Part shown: piece by piece, positions 47,981 through 58,712 of the stretch | Layout of the letters: the number at the start of each line of letters is the position of its first letter | Position numbering within the stretch: position 1 is the stretch's first letter | From: an uncultured Gemmatimonadales bacterium | GTDB taxonomy: Bacteria > Gemmatimonadota > Gemmatimonadetes > Gemmatimonadales > GWC2-71-9 | Assembly (NCBI GenBank): GCA_963711915.1 | Contig: CAVQGA010000019.1 | Span: 19,186-83,185, forward strand | Direction: 5' to 3' | DNA length: 64,000 nucleotides | Notes under the pieces: model-generated | Seen by the model: only the letters and a program-made list of their open reading frames with translations | Database searches by the model: none | Told to the model about the DNA's origin: nothing | Program-made: the position numbers and the translations under genes

Positions 47981-48190
47981 TCAGCCGCCATTTCCGGGGC
48001 GCTCCTGCCTGGCGCGCCGCACGGCCTGCATCCATGACACTCCTGCAGTCATACTCAGTCCGATGATCGTCAGCAGGTGCACCAGTCTGAGCGGCTCACC
48101 AAGCCGCGCCATGCCGGTGGCGACGGCAAGCATGAGCGAGAGACCGGCGAGCACAAGCGCGGGTATGGCAGATCGAGTACTGGGTCTCAT
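47981..48190 (-). CDS. Hypothetical small 2-TM membrane protein
   Basis: MRPSTRSAIPALVLAGLSLMLAVATGMARL...LLTIIGLSMTAGVSWM. Confidence 0.35.
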   Translation of the reverse strand: MRPSTRSAIPALVLAGLSLMLAVATGMARLGEPLRLVHLLTIIGLSMTAGVSWMQAVRRARQERPGNGG

Positions 48191-48275
48191 CTGGTGACCT
48201 GGGTTAGCTGCGTAACGACCGGCCAAGCGGCTGCAACCCACCGCGTGCCCGCGTGCGATGTCGACGCATCCGTGA

Positions 48276-48827
48276 CTAGGTGGCGCGCCGCGAGACCTGC
48301 CCGTGTTTCGCCTGATTAAAGGCCTTGGAATGACCTCGTGGAATGGTCAAGGTCTGCCACTCACTCCCTGCCCAATGCTTTGCCAACAGTACGATCTGCC
48401 CGACGTGGTACGCCAAGTGACTGAGGTGACGGGTGAGCGCTTGGGCAACCGTGTGTGGTTCAGCGCGAATGTAGATCGTTCGCCGCAAGTCGCCGGGCGT
48501 CAACGCTTCCACGGTCGCGGCAAGCAGATCCCATGCGGTGGTCCATCGATCCAACAGGTGCGCGCGTGTGTCGTGCGAGTGAACCTCAAACTCACCGTCC
48601 CGGTCACGGTCGGGCTTCTCGCCATCGGAGGTCAGAAAGTTTGTGCATCGGGACAGGAGATTGCCACTTATATGCTTGACGGTAATCGCGATGCTGTTGG
48701 TCTCTGGATCGAGCGCCTTGGCAAAGTCATGGTCACCGACCTGCGCCATGGCCTGCTCCGCGGTGCTGCGAAGCTTGGCAAACTGGGTCCGCATGCCGAC
48801 CAGATACTCGTGGTGGAAATCAGACAT
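48276..48827 (-). CDS. DinB-superfamily protein (DUF1572-like)
   Basis: MSDFHHEYLVGMRTQFAKLRSTAEQAM...NSIAITVKHISGNLLSR...LSHLAYHVGQIVLLAKHW. Confidence 0.7.
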   Translation of the reverse strand: MSDFHHEYLVGMRTQFAKLRSTAEQAMAQVGDHDFAKALDPETNSIAITVKHISGNLLSRCTNFLTSDGEKPDRDRDGEFEVHSHDTRAHLLDRWTTAWDLLAATVEALTPGDLRRTIYIRAEPHTVAQALTRHLSHLAYHVGQIVLLAKHWAGSEWQTLTIPRGHSKAFNQAKHGQVSRRAT

Positions 48828-49333
48828 GACTCAACCTCGGACGGCGTAACCGGGATGCCTGCACGTCCATCTCACCCCTATCCGCATTCACGCCCTGCCG
48901 GAGTCTCCGCGCCATCCACGGCCACTGGTCCAACCGCGTCAGGACTGCTCCGCTCTTCCCGCGGCCGCTCCCCAGCCCAGGGGCCACCTGCTTTGACCAT
49001 CCGCAAATCTGTCAGGCCGGCGCCGCGAGGCGGCCAGTCTAATATGACTTCATCGGGGGTGGCCCGTATAGCTTCGCAAGCAACTCCTTGCCGCTCTGGG
49101 CGTGGAGTGGCCGCGACCTGGCGAAGCGCGCCGGCGCGGGAGGCCGAGCTGGGGGATTGGGAGGGGAGCCATGTCGAGCTCGACCTCACAGGCGGTCGTC
49201 AGAATGGTCAACGTGTCTTTTTCACTCAGGACAGTTTCGACCGCTGGCCTCTGGAGAGGACGGAATGGCTTGCCTGAAGCGGTGCTTGGGAAGGCGTCCG
49301 GCCCTCCAGGTGGCAACTGCGCGACTCTGCGCC

Positions 49334-49371
49334 AGAAAAGGCAAGAGCCGCCCGCGGTTCACGGGCGGCTC
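49334..49371 (-). terminator. Intrinsic terminator after the first OMP gene
   Basis: Minus strand GAGCCGCCCG-UGAACCG-CGGGCGGCUC followed by UUGCCUUUUCU. Confidence 0.7.
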
Positions 49372-49390
49372 CTGGACGCTGGGAGGAGGC

Positions 49391-49963
49391 TCAGACGCCG
49401 CCGCCACCGCCCCCAAACCGAACCCCCACGCTGATCGGAATGAAGTGGAAGTCGGAGCCGGTCACGAACACGTTGTGGAACCGACCTTCGACGAAGAATG
49501 ACGTGGCCGACGAGCCGAAGTTGAAGCCGGCGCCGGCATTGACGCCGAACTTGGTCTGGGAGGCGGAAGGGAAATTGTCAGGCTTCGCCTTGACGTTGTA
49601 AACCCCACCTCCGCCGATCAGATACGGGCGGAACTTCGTGTCGGGCGAGACACTGAACTCGTACACGACGTTCGCCGTGCCGTTGATGATCTGCTCCTTG
49701 CCGTCAAAGCCGGTCTTGGCCGCATCGAACTTCAGTTGCTGATACATCCCATCGATTCTGAACCCCACGGGGCTCGAGGCGGGCTTGAACTGGACCAAGG
49801 CCAGGCCGTGCCACCCGGTCTTGAGCCCGGTGCCGGACGACCCGCTGGGGATCGTGACGCCGCCGCCGAGACCGAATTGGACGGGCGTCTGCGCGGCGAG
49901 CATTGTCGCACCGACGCTGAGGCCCAGGCCAATGGAGAGAGCAGCTTTCGCGAAGCCCTTCAT
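49391..49963 (-). CDS. Outer-membrane beta-barrel protein (OmpW/OmpA_membrane-like small porin family)
   Basis: Signal MKGFAKAALSIGLGLSVGATMLAAQ, alternating beta-strand pattern, C-terminal ...IPISVGVRFGGGGGGV. ATG 49963 is preceded by GGAGGAAG. Confidence 0.7.
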   Translation of the reverse strand: MKGFAKAALSIGLGLSVGATMLAAQTPVQFGLGGGVTIPSGSSGTGLKTGWHGLALVQFKPASSPVGFRIDGMYQQLKFDAAKTGFDGKEQIINGTANVVYEFSVSPDTKFRPYLIGGGGVYNVKAKPDNFPSASQTKFGVNAGAGFNFGSSATSFFVEGRFHNVFVTGSDFHFIPISVGVRFGGGGGGV

Positions 49964-50171
49964 ACTTCCTCCTTCTGACGATGCCGGTTCGGATTGAGCA
50001 GGGGAAAGACCGATGCGAGTCAGCCGGATGCAGGATCCGGCCGGCGGTAACCTGTGGGGGCAATAGTAGTACCACATTTCCCAGATACAAGATGTCGCGG
50101 AGGAACGTTTGGACCGCGTGCCTCCTCCCTACCGCACATCAGCCGCCCCGGGGGGGCGGCCGATGGTGAGA

Positions 50172-50206
50172 GTCACCCTGAGCGCAGCGAACGGGCCCAG
50201 GGTGAC
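50172..50206. repeat. REP-related short hairpin, copy 7
   Basis: GTCACCCTG-AGCGCAGCGAACGGGC-CAGGGTGAC. Confidence 0.6.
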
Positions 50207-50232
50207 TCGTCGGGAGGTTTCGCAACGCACTC

Positions 50233-50793
50233 TCAGTGACCGCCGAAGCGAATCCCGACCGTGATCGGAATGAACGTCGCGTCCTTGCCGGACGTGAACA
50301 CGTCGTGGAACCGTCCCTCCACGAACAGTCCGGCGCTTCCCGCCTTGAAATCGAACCCCGCGCCGCCATTGACACCGAACTTGGTGGTCGATCCCGTCGT
50401 CGAGAAGTTGCCGCCGACGGTGCTGCTGCCCGTGCCCTTGAAGTTGTACACCCCGCCGCCGGCGATCAGATAGGGCCGGAAGCGACTCTCCTCGGACGTC
50501 TTGAACTTGTACACGACATTACCGGTCCCGATCAGGAAGCGCTCGTGACCCGAGAACCCGTCGAACGGATACTGGTGATATTGGCCATCGATCTGAAATC
50601 CAACCGGCGATCCCGTCGGCACGAACGAGACCGCTGCCAGACCCATCCAGCCAAGCTTGGTGGCGTCGTTGAACGTGCCCAGCGGATTCGCGATCCCGCC
50701 GCCCAACGAGAACTCGGCCCCCTGGGCGTGCAGCGCCGATGCGCTCACCATCAGGCCCAGAGCGAGTGCCGCAACGGCCTTCGGAACCCTCAT
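50233..50793 (-). CDS. Outer-membrane beta-barrel protein, paralog of 49391-49963
   Basis: Signal MRVPKAVAALALGLMVSASALHAQ. Colinear with the neighbouring OMP (...RPYLIAGGGVYNFK..., ...FIPITVGIRFGGH). Strong AAAAGGAGGAGG RBS. Confidence 0.7.
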   Translation of the reverse strand: MRVPKAVAALALGLMVSASALHAQGAEFSLGGGIANPLGTFNDATKLGWMGLAAVSFVPTGSPVGFQIDGQYHQYPFDGFSGHERFLIGTGNVVYKFKTSEESRFRPYLIAGGGVYNFKGTGSSTVGGNFSTTGSTTKFGVNGGAGFDFKAGSAGLFVEGRFHDVFTSGKDATFIPITVGIRFGGH

Positions 50794-50917
50794 ACCGCCC
50801 CTCCTCCTTTTAGGTAGAACGGGACACCGGGTTCGATGCCCGCGCGCGTGGACCCGCTTGCAATCGGCGGGCCGCAGGCAAACTAGCTTCGGCCGCGCAC
50901 GCGCCATGTGACCAGGG

Positions 50918-51106
50918 TCACACCGGCGGGCCATCCCGTCGCTGAAGGAGGCGGACGATCAGCGAGCCGGCGAGGAGCGCGATCGCGGCCCAGGTGAGGC
51001 GCCGGTCCTCGAGCGCGACCGCCAGCAGCGCCGCCACGAAGCCGGCCAGCGACAGCCCGACGCGGAGCCCGGTGAACCGCCTCGAGAAATCGGGGAGGAC
51101 GCTCAT
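50918..51106 (-). CDS. Hypothetical small 2-TM membrane protein
   Basis: MSVLPDFSRRFTGLRVGLSLAGFVAALLAVALEDRRLTWAAIALLAGSLIVRLL. ATGA overlap with the enoyl-CoA hydratase stop. Confidence 0.45.
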   Translation of the reverse strand: MSVLPDFSRRFTGLRVGLSLAGFVAALLAVALEDRRLTWAAIALLAGSLIVRLLQRRDGPPV

Positions 51107-51867
51107 TGCTTGAGGAACTGCGCGATCGCCGCGCGGAAGTCGGGTGTCTCCCGCGCCAGGGCGTTGATCCGGGCGCCGAGCGCGATGCCATCGTCCAGCG
51201 TCCGGCCGTCGAGCTGGTAGAAGAGCTGCTTGGTGAGCGCGAGGGCGGAGAGGCTGGCCGAGGCCAGGGCGCCGATCTGGGCGCCGGCCTCCCGGTCGAG
51301 TTCGGCGTCCGGCACGACCCGCGCGACGAGCCCCACGGCCTGGGCCTCGCCGGCGGCCAGGACCCGGCCGGTGAGCACCATGTCGAGCGCGACCTTCTCG
51401 CCTACCGCGCGCCGGAGCAGGGTCATCACCATGGCGGGCACGAATCCCCGCTGGATCTCGGGGTAGCCGATCTGCGCGCCGGCCCCGGCGATCGCGAGGT
51501 CGCAGGCGGTGACCAGCCCCGCCCCACCGGCCAGGGCCCGGCCCTGCACCACCGCCACCACCGGCTTCGGCAGGCTCCGGATCCGCGAGAACAGCGTCCC
51601 CAGCCGAAGCGCCGCCGCCTCGTTCTCGGCCAGGCTGAGCTCGGCCGACGCCAGCAGCTCCTCGAGGTCGGCGCCGGCGCAGAAGTCGCGCCCCGCGCCC
51701 CGCATCACCACCACCCGGACGTCGGCGTCGAGATCGGCGCGCTCGAGCCCCGCGTGGAGCGCGTCCACCAGCGCCGCGCTCAACGCGTTCCGCTTGTCGG
51801 GCCGGTCGAGCGTGAAGGTGAGGACGCCGGCCTGGAGCGCGGTCTGGAGGGGGGCCGCGCCGGTCAT
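51103..51867 (-). CDS. Enoyl-CoA hydratase/isomerase (crotonase) family
   Basis: VLTFTLDRPDKRNALS...VVVMRGAGRDFCAGADL...PVVAVVQGRALAGGAGL. ATG 51867 overlaps the upstream stop. Confidence 0.88.
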   Translation of the reverse strand: MTGAAPLQTALQAGVLTFTLDRPDKRNALSAALVDALHAGLERADLDADVRVVVMRGAGRDFCAGADLEELLASAELSLAENEAAALRLGTLFSRIRSLPKPVVAVVQGRALAGGAGLVTACDLAIAGAGAQIGYPEIQRGFVPAMVMTLLRRAVGEKVALDMVLTGRVLAAGEAQAVGLVARVVPDAELDREAGAQIGALASASLSALALTKQLFYQLDGRTLDDGIALGARINALARETPDFRAAIAQFLKQ

Positions 51868-52241
51868 CGGGGAACGAGCCGCCGGGCGAGCGCGACGGGC
51901 ACCGGGATCTCCATCCGGAGCAGGGCCGTGGAGTACACCTTTCCCTGCGCGTCGGTCTTGAGCGAGATGGTGCCGCCGCCGTCGAGCGCGTCGTGCAGCA
52001 GGAAGTTGAGCGCACGCAGGTTCGGCAGCTCGAACCGGTCGACCGAGCTCACCATGCCCTTGAAATGCCGGGCCACGCGCGCGGTCGTGACCTCGCGCAC
52101 CAGGAGGTCGTAGTACGCGGGCTCGAGCGCGATCAGGCCCACGTTGGCGGTATTGCCCTTGTCCCCCGAACGCGCGTGGGCCAGATAGCGGAGCTGCACC
52201 GGGCGGGTGGACGCCCGCTTGACGGCTTTGGCCACGGTCAC
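51864..52241 (-). CDS. AtuA-associated small protein (DUF4387-like)
   Basis: [66 protein letters not shown] start at 52241 or 52235, after GGAGG. Confidence 0.65.
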   Translation of the reverse strand: MTVAKAVKRASTRPVQLRYLAHARSGDKGNTANVGLIALEPAYYDLLVREVTTARVARHFKGMVSSVDRFELPNLRALNFLLHDALDGGGTISLKTDAQGKVYSTALLRMEIPVPVALARRLVPR

Positions 52242-53623
52242 GCCTCCAGGATGTCCACACGCACGTGGGGCTCGATCTCCCGCCGGTCGATGAGCGCCGG
52301 CCAGTAGGCCACCACCTCTTCGACCGCGGGCCGCCCGCCGGCGAAGCCGGTGACGCTGGGCGGGCCGGTCAGCACCAGCGGCGCGATCTCGCGGGTGAAG
52401 CGCTCGACCGCGGCCCGCTCCCGGCCCCGCACCCCGACCCGGAGCTGCACCTCGGGCAGGTCGGGGCCGGGGCGACCGCTCAGCCGGCCGTGGGTGGCGT
52501 CCACGCCGACGTATTCGGTGAGGATCTGCTCGAACTCGAGGCCGAGGTCGGCGAGCCGGCGCCGGAGGACGGCGTCGGCCGCCTTCGCTTTGTCGTACGC
52601 CTCGGGCCAGGCGTACACCAGCGTGCCGACCGCCTTGTAGCCCCAGAAATACGCGATCGACACCTTGAGCATCGGCGTCCGCGGCCCGCCCCGGATGCCG
52701 CTCACGTGCACCCGGTTGCGCCCGGCCTGCCGAAGCTGGATCGTGGTGAAGTCGGCGACGCCGTCGGGCGTGATGTAGCTGTGGGGATCGCCCATCTCGT
52801 ACACGAGCTGCTCGGTGACCGACGCCACCGAGACGACGCCGCCGGTCCCGGGGTGCTTGGTGATGACGAAGCTCCCGTCCGGCGACGCCTCGGCGATCGG
52901 GAAGCCGGGATCGCCGAGGCCCTTCACGCTCCGCCAGCCCTTCAGCAGGTTGCCGCCCGATGCCTGGGCGCCGCACTCGATGATGTGCCCGGCCACGGTG
53001 CCGGCCGCCACCTTGTCCCAATCCTCGGGCGACCAGCCGAACTCGTGGAAGATCGGGCCGAGCGTGAGGCCGGTGTCGGTCACCCGTCCGGTCACGACGA
53101 CGTCGGCCCCGCCGCGCAGCGCCTCGACGATCGGCGCCATGCCCAGATAGGCGTTCGCGCTCAGGACCTTGTCGCGCACGTCGGAGAGCGGGCGGCCGGT
53201 CTCCATGTCGCTGAGCGGGTGCCCGCGGGCGATCAGGTCGTCGAGCCGCTCCAGGATGTCGTCGCCGGAGACGAGCCCGACCCGAAGCCGCCGCGGCAGC
53301 TTGAGCCGCCGCGCGACCGCCAGCACCGCCTCGGCGCACCCGCGCGGATTGACGCCGCCGGCGTTCGAGGTGACCCGGATGCCGCGCTCCACCACGTCGG
53401 GCAGGATGCGCTCCATGAGCGGCACGAAGTCGCGGGCGTACCCGGCGGACGGGTCCCGGGACTTCTGCTTCTGCATGATGGACATGGTCACCTCGGCGAG
53501 GTAGTCCATCATCAGATAGTCGATCGGGCCGCCGCGCACTTGGCGCACCGGCGCCTCGAGCCAGTCGCCCCAGAAGCCCTGCCCCGCCGCGATCCGGACG
53601 ACGTCCTTCCGCGCCGCGCTCAT
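52238..53623 (-). CDS. Acyclic terpene utilisation AtuA-family protein (DUF1446)
   Basis: [42 protein letters not shown]...[11 protein letters not shown]. Confidence 0.8.
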   Translation of the reverse strand: MSAARKDVVRIAAGQGFWGDWLEAPVRQVRGGPIDYLMMDYLAEVTMSIMQKQKSRDPSAGYARDFVPLMERILPDVVERGIRVTSNAGGVNPRGCAEAVLAVARRLKLPRRLRVGLVSGDDILERLDDLIARGHPLSDMETGRPLSDVRDKVLSANAYLGMAPIVEALRGGADVVVTGRVTDTGLTLGPIFHEFGWSPEDWDKVAAGTVAGHIIECGAQASGGNLLKGWRSVKGLGDPGFPIAEASPDGSFVITKHPGTGGVVSVASVTEQLVYEMGDPHSYITPDGVADFTTIQLRQAGRNRVHVSGIRGGPRTPMLKVSIAYFWGYKAVGTLVYAWPEAYDKAKAADAVLRRRLADLGLEFEQILTEYVGVDATHGRLSGRPGPDLPEVQLRVGVRGRERAAVERFTREIAPLVLTGPPSVTGFAGGRPAVEEVVAYWPALIDRREIEPHVRVDILEA

Positions 53624-56505
53624 GGCACCAGCGCCCGGCCCGGCGGGGCCAGCTCGACCTCGCGGGTCCAGCTCCGGCCGTCGGCGCGCGCCACCAGCAG
53701 GCCGAGCGGCACGAATTTGGGACCGAGCGGCCAGGGAGGCGCCGGAAGCGTGAAGTCCGCCGTCGCGGTGGCGTGCGGCGCGATCGTCTGCTTCGTCGTG
53801 TCGGCCCGGGCCAGCACCACGGAGGTGTCGGCGTAGACCCGGATCGAGGTGCGGAGGCTCCAGCGCTGGTCACCGCTCGCGTCGGCGAAGCCGGGGAACA
53901 GGCCCAGCGTCACGGGAACGTCGCCGTGGCCCTCGGGCAGCTCGACCTGCAGCCGGCCGAAGGCGTAGTTGAGCGGCTGCTTTCCGAGCTGGTGCCCGAG
54001 CGAGTCGAACAGAGTCACGCCGAAGTCGGTGAACCGGTCCCACTGCGCCCGGTCCATCGTGATGTCCACCACCACGCCGCGGGACCAGCGCGGGACGACG
54101 AACGGAATCCGCTGTTCCGCCGAGCCGGTGGCCGAGACGCTCTCGACCCGGGCCGCGCCGCCGAGATGCATCCCCACCTGAGCCTCGACCGGAACGGCGG
54201 TGACGTTGGTCAGCGAGGCGCGCACCGACTCGCCGCGGCGCGTCGCGCGCAGCAGGAGCGGCGACTGGCTCACGCTCACCGAGGCGGTGAGGGCCTGGTT
54301 GGGCGGTGCCACGACCACCGCCTCGTATGGGCCGGTCACGACGTCCCGCGAGTCGGCCTCGTACTCGGCCGATTGCGGGCCGAAGCCGGCGGGGCGCGCG
54401 CTCTCGTCGCGGAACGGCATCCCGTCGGGCTCGTGCAGGAAGGCCAGCGCGCGGTCGGCGCGCCCGCCGGTCTCGACCGTGAGCAGGAAGGGCCGTCCGC
54501 TGTCCGCCTGGAAGAAGGTCCGGAGCGTCGTGCCCGCGCGGAGTGTCACGCTGTCGCGGAGCTTCTGCGTGCCGGCCGCGAGCGGCGCCGCCGCGGCCAC
54601 CGTAGTGACCAGGCGGAACGCGGGTCCGGCCATCGAATCGCCGGTCCAGCCGGTGACCGTCCCGACGTAGGCGCCGGGGGCCGCGAGGCCGCGGCGCGCG
54701 ACCTTGAGCCGGACCGCGGTCCGCGGGCCGCGCAGCGCGAGCGTCGCCGGCGCGGTGAGCCAGGGCGCGTCGCTTCGCAGGGCGTAGGTGGTCGCCGGCG
54801 CCCCGGCCGGCGCCTCGATCTCGAACTCCTGCACCGTGTCCGTCGTGCCCCCGACGCCGCGCAGCAGCGCGCCCGAGACGTCACCCGGGCCGACGGCGCG
54901 GACCTGGAGGTCGGGGACCGGAGCCGCGGTCGACAGCCAGCGGTAGGCGCGATCCACGTCGGCGAGCCCCGAGCCCTCGTCGATGATCGTGGCACCCGGC
55001 GTGGGCTGGGCGGTCACCATCAGCGCCTGGCGGATGTCGCGGGCCGTGGGCGTGCGCCCCGCCGGCTTCATCGCCGACAGGAGCAGCGCGACGATCCCGC
55101 TCGCGTGCGGCGCCGCCATGCTGGTGCCCTGCTCCACCTCGTCGCCCGCATTCCAGGCCGGCACGGTGCTGTAGGCGACACCGGGCGTCACGAGGTCGGG
55201 CCGGGTGAGCTCGCCGCCGCGCGCGCTGAAGTACGCGAGCAGGTCGGCCGACGGCGCGCCGTTGACGCCCGGCGGGAGGAAGCTGCCCGGCAGCGTGGCG
55301 CCGACGCTGAGCGCGCGGATGGCGCTGCCGGGGGCGCCGATGGTCGAGAGGCCGGGCCCGTCGTTGCCCGCGCTGATCGCGAGCACGATCTCCGGGTGCT
55401 GGCCCAGCACCGAGTCCACGAGCTCGTCGATCCGCGCCTGGCCCTCGATCTGGTTGCCGACGCCGAAGCTCATGTTGAGCACGAGCGGCAGCCGGCGCGC
55501 CTGGGCGAAGCGGATGGCATAGTCGATCGCCCGGAGCTTGCTGCCGGTGGTCGAGATGCCGCCTTGCGCGTCGTTCGCGATCTTGAGGCCGAGGAGCTGG
55601 GCGCCCGGCGCCACGCCGTTGAACCCGGGAACGCCGTAGAGATCGTGCCCCGCGGCGATGCCGGAGACATGTGTCCCGTGGCCGAAGGTGTCGAAGAAGA
55701 GATCGAGCGTCGGCGCGCCGCCCTGCTCGCCGAGGTTGGCCGCGACGTTGACCTTGGGCACGGCGCCCTTGGGCGCCCAGCCGAAATGCTCGCGGCCGGC
55801 GAGGTAGTCGCGGACCGGCCGCTCGCCGGCGAGCGAGCCGTCGCCATCGGTATCCGCCACGAGCACCCAGCCGTCGCTGGCGCGGACCACCACGATGGGC
55901 AGCGTGTCCCGCACCGCGCCGTTCCCGTTGAGGTCCGCGGCCGGCAGCTCGCCCAGCGGGATCTCGGCGATGGTGCCAGCGTAGTACGGTCCGGCGGTGT
56001 TGAGCCCCGCGACCCGGCCGAACCCGCCGAGGGTGTGCCCTCCGATGTCCACCGAGTCGCCGCGGGGCGTCACCCGGGCGAGCGCGACGGCGCCTTCGCC
56101 CGAGAAATCCCGCAGGTCGAGAATCTTGGGATTGCCGGTGCTGGTGCTCTCGAGCCCGGCAACGCCCGGATCGATGCCGGTATCGATGATGCCGATGAGC
56201 ACGCCGCGGCCGTCGAAATCGGGGTGGGCGCGCAGGAACCGGTCCACGCCGGTGCTGGCGAGCGGCATCCAGCCGTGGGCATACGCCACGGCCGGCGGCG
56301 CGACCCGTCGCACCGAGTCGTGGGCCGGCGCGGCGGCCGGGCCGGTGTCCGGCCTGACCGCGGCGGGCCGGCGCAGCGACACGGAGTCGGCGCGGGGCGC
56401 GGGCACCGGCGCCGAGGCTTCGTGGTGCCCCGGAGCGCAGGCAAGGGCGAATATGAGGGCACCGGCGAAGAGACGCGTCGGGGGCATGCGAGTCCTAGGG
56501 AGCAT
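53620..56505 (-). CDS. Secreted S8-family (subtilisin-like) serine peptidase, large multi-domain
   Basis: [13 protein letters not shown] (Asp), [11 protein letters not shown] (His), [11 protein letters not shown] (Ser). Start at [25 protein letters not shown]; the upstream 43 codons of the track ORF are REP sequence. Confidence 0.9.
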   Translation of the reverse strand: MLPRTRMPPTRLFAGALIFALACAPGHHEASAPVPAPRADSVSLRRPAAVRPDTGPAAAPAHDSVRRVAPPAVAYAHGWMPLASTGVDRFLRAHPDFDGRGVLIGIIDTGIDPGVAGLESTSTGNPKILDLRDFSGEGAVALARVTPRGDSVDIGGHTLGGFGRVAGLNTAGPYYAGTIAEIPLGELPAADLNGNGAVRDTLPIVVVRASDGWVLVADTDGDGSLAGERPVRDYLAGREHFGWAPKGAVPKVNVAANLGEQGGAPTLDLFFDTFGHGTHVSGIAAGHDLYGVPGFNGVAPGAQLLGLKIANDAQGGISTTGSKLRAIDYAIRFAQARRLPLVLNMSFGVGNQIEGQARIDELVDSVLGQHPEIVLAISAGNDGPGLSTIGAPGSAIRALSVGATLPGSFLPPGVNGAPSADLLAYFSARGGELTRPDLVTPGVAYSTVPAWNAGDEVEQGTSMAAPHASGIVALLLSAMKPAGRTPTARDIRQALMVTAQPTPGATIIDEGSGLADVDRAYRWLSTAAPVPDLQVRAVGPGDVSGALLRGVGGTTDTVQEFEIEAPAGAPATTYALRSDAPWLTAPATLALRGPRTAVRLKVARRGLAAPGAYVGTVTGWTGDSMAGPAFRLVTTVAAAAPLAAGTQKLRDSVTLRAGTTLRTFFQADSGRPFLLTVETGGRADRALAFLHEPDGMPFRDESARPAGFGPQSAEYEADSRDVVTGPYEAVVVAPPNQALTASVSVSQSPLLLRATRRGESVRASLTNVTAVPVEAQVGMHLGGAARVESVSATGSAEQRIPFVVPRWSRGVVVDITMDRAQWDRFTDFGVTLFDSLGHQLGKQPLNYAFGRLQVELPEGHGDVPVTLGLFPGFADASGDQRWSLRTSIRVYADTSVVLARADTTKQTIAPHATATADFTLPAPPWPLGPKFVPLGLLVARADGRSWTREVELAPPGRALVP

Positions 56506-56530
56506 CACGGAGGTTCGTTGACAGCATGGT

Positions 56531-56612
56531 GTCATCCCGAGCGGAAGCGAGGGATCTACTCGCCCGGGTTCGAACTCGGCCCAGCAAGATCCCTCGCTCC
56601 GCTCGGGATGAC
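56531..56612. repeat. REP/MITE-like element, copy 8 (same subfamily as copy 2)
   Basis: GTCATCCCGAGCGGAAGCGAGGGATCT...AGATCCCTCGCTCCGCTCGGGATGAC. Confidence 0.85.
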
Positions 56613-56667
56613 AGAGGACAGGTGACAGCCGCAAGGGACAGCCCTCCGCCCGACCACGTGACTCCCA

Positions 56668-58311
56668 TCAGCGAAGGGAGGCCGAGTCCTGCGGCGGCAG
56701 CACGAACGGACCGAGGTGGGGCCCGGCGAAATTGGCGGCGACGCGCAGGGCGAAGGCGAGCAGGTCGCGGGTCTCCTCGGGCGTGACGATCGCGTCCACG
56801 TGGCCGCGCGCGGCGGCGTAGCGCGCGTCGAGCTGGGCCTCGTAGTCGGCGCGCATGGAGTCGACCGACGCCTTGACCTCGGGCGCGATCTCGCGCCGCT
56901 CGCGCTGGGCGCGCTCGATCTCGGGGCCGTGGACGGCCATCACGGCGGACTCGCCCTCCATCACGCCCATCCGGCCGGTGGGCCAGGAGAGGATGAAATC
57001 GGGATCGAACCCCTGCCCGGCCATGGCGTAGTAGCCGGCGCCCGAGGCGTGATTCACGGTGAGAACGAGCTTCGGCACCAGGGCGGTGGCCATCGCCTCG
57101 ACGAACCTCGCGCCGGCGCGGATGATGCCGCTGTGCTCGGCCTCGGGGCCGACCATGAACCCGCTCACATCCTGCACGAAGAGAATGGGCAGGTGCTCGC
57201 GGTTGGCCGTCTCGATGAAGTAGGCCACCTTTTCGGCGCTGCCGGTGTAGACGATCCCGCCGAAGCGGGGGCGCTCGTCCGGGCGGCCCTTGATGACGCC
57301 GCGCTGGTTCGCGATGACCGCCACGGGCCAGCCCTCGATGTGCGCGTGCCCGCAGATCATCTCGCGGGCCACGCCAGGCTGGAACTCGTCCAGCGCGCCG
57401 CCGTCGAGCAGGGCCTCGAGCACGTGGCGCATGTCGTAGGACAGCCGGTGGTCCCGCGGCAGCATGTCGTACAGGCTCTCGGGCGGGCGCGACGGGGGCA
57501 GCGGTGAGCGGACCTGGTGCCGGATGCCGTCGAGCCGGGGCAGCCGTGCGACATACTCGCGGATCCGGACGAGGCAGTCGGCGTCATTGGCCGCGCGGTA
57601 GTGCGCGACGGCGCTCAGCTCGGTGTGGGTCACCGCCCCGCCCAGCGTCTCGGCGTCGATGGTCTGGCCGGTGGCGCCCTTCACCAGGTTCGGGCCGCCG
57701 AGGCCCATGAAGGTCGTTCCCTCGACCATGAAGATGACGTCCGACAGCGCGGGCAGGTACGCGCCACCGGCGATGCAGCTCCCCATCACCGCGCTGATCT
57801 GCGGCACGTGCAGGTAGCGCCGCATGATCGAGTTGTAGTAGAAGATCCGGGCGGCGCCGTACTGGCCCGGAAAGACCCCGCCCTGGTAGGGCAGGTTCAC
57901 CCCGGCGCTGTCCACGAGATAGATGATGGGAATCCGCTGGCGCATGGCGACTTCCTGCGCGCGGAGGATCTTGCGGATGGTCTCGGGCCACCAGGAGCCC
58001 GCCTTCACCGTGGCGTCGTTGGCCACGACGACCGCTTCGCGGTCCCCGACCACGCCCACGCCGGTGATCACGCCCGCGCCGGGTGCCTGACCGTCGTACT
58101 GATCGTAGGCCACCAGCAGCCCGAGCTCGAGCCAGGGCGAGCCCGGGTCCAGCAGGCGCTCGACCCGCTCGCGCGGCGCGAGCTTGCCCTGCTGGTGCAT
58201 CTTGGCGACGCGCGCCGCTCCGCCGCCGGCGCGGAGGCGCTCGGCCAGGGTGCGGTACTCGTCGGTGAGCGCCCGGAGGCGGCTCACCGCTCGAGGTGTT
58301 CGGACGCCCAC
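56668..58311 (-). CDS. Acyl-CoA carboxylase carboxyltransferase (beta) subunit (MccB/AtuC/PccB-like)
   Basis: [28 protein letters not shown]...[41 protein letters not shown] at 58287 (GTGA overlap) is an alternative start. Confidence 0.9.
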   Translation of the reverse strand: MGVRTPRAVSRLRALTDEYRTLAERLRAGGGAARVAKMHQQGKLAPRERVERLLDPGSPWLELGLLVAYDQYDGQAPGAGVITGVGVVGDREAVVVANDATVKAGSWWPETIRKILRAQEVAMRQRIPIIYLVDSAGVNLPYQGGVFPGQYGAARIFYYNSIMRRYLHVPQISAVMGSCIAGGAYLPALSDVIFMVEGTTFMGLGGPNLVKGATGQTIDAETLGGAVTHTELSAVAHYRAANDADCLVRIREYVARLPRLDGIRHQVRSPLPPSRPPESLYDMLPRDHRLSYDMRHVLEALLDGGALDEFQPGVAREMICGHAHIEGWPVAVIANQRGVIKGRPDERPRFGGIVYTGSAEKVAYFIETANREHLPILFVQDVSGFMVGPEAEHSGIIRAGARFVEAMATALVPKLVLTVNHASGAGYYAMAGQGFDPDFILSWPTGRMGVMEGESAVMAVHGPEIERAQRERREIAPEVKASVDSMRADYEAQLDARYAAARGHVDAIVTPEETRDLLAFALRVAANFAGPHLGPFVLPPQDSASLR

Positions 58312-58712
58312 GAGGTGATGTAGGTGACGAGATCCGACGTGGGCGTCCCCGGCCCGAACAGCCGGCCGACGCCCCGGGCGCGCAGTGCCTCCATGTCGTC
58401 GGCCGGGATGATCCCTCCGCCAGTGACCAGGACGTCCGGCCGGCCCATGTCGTCGAGCAGTTGCCGGACGCGAGGAAACAGCGTCATGTGGGCGCCGCTC
58501 AGGATCGAGAGCCCGACGACGTCCACGTCCTCCTGCACCGCCGCGGTGGCGATCATCTCGGGCGTCTGGTGCAGGCCGGTGTAGACCACCTCCATGCCGG
58601 CGTCGCGCAGCGCCGCCGCCACCACCTTGGCCCCGCGGTCGTGGCCGTCGAGCCCCGGCTTGGCGACGAGCACGCGGATCGGCCGCGCCGGCGGCCGGAC
58701 AGCAGCAGTCAT
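58284..58712 (-). CDS. Cobalamin-binding subunit of methylmalonyl-CoA mutase-family enzyme
   Basis: [57 protein letters not shown] (DxHxxG B12 motif). Confidence 0.92.
   Translation of the reverse strand: MTAAVRPPARPIRVLVAKPGLDGHDRGAKVVAAALRDAGMEVVYTGLHQTPEMIATAAVQEDVDVVGLSILSGAHMTLFPRVRQLLDDMGRPDVLVTGGGIIPADDMEALRARGVGRLFGPGTPTSDLVTYITSWASEHLER

Noticed and set aside
48828-49390. ORFs 48878..49189(-) and 49050..49316(-) in the 560-bp gap between the DinB-like and OMP genes.
   Set aside because: No family resemblance, no RBS, and they overlap each other. Only the terminator hairpin at 49334-49371 is supported. The gap remains unexplained.
56506-56634. N-terminal extensions of real genes through REP elements: the first 43 codons of 53620..56634, 44675..44890 of the DUF899 ORF, and the start of 43245..43583.
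   Set aside because: The translations (HPERSEGS..., ILSGAKDRPG..., LSEAKGA...) are the repeat consensus read as protein. Genuine signal peptides or RBS-preceded starts lie downstream.
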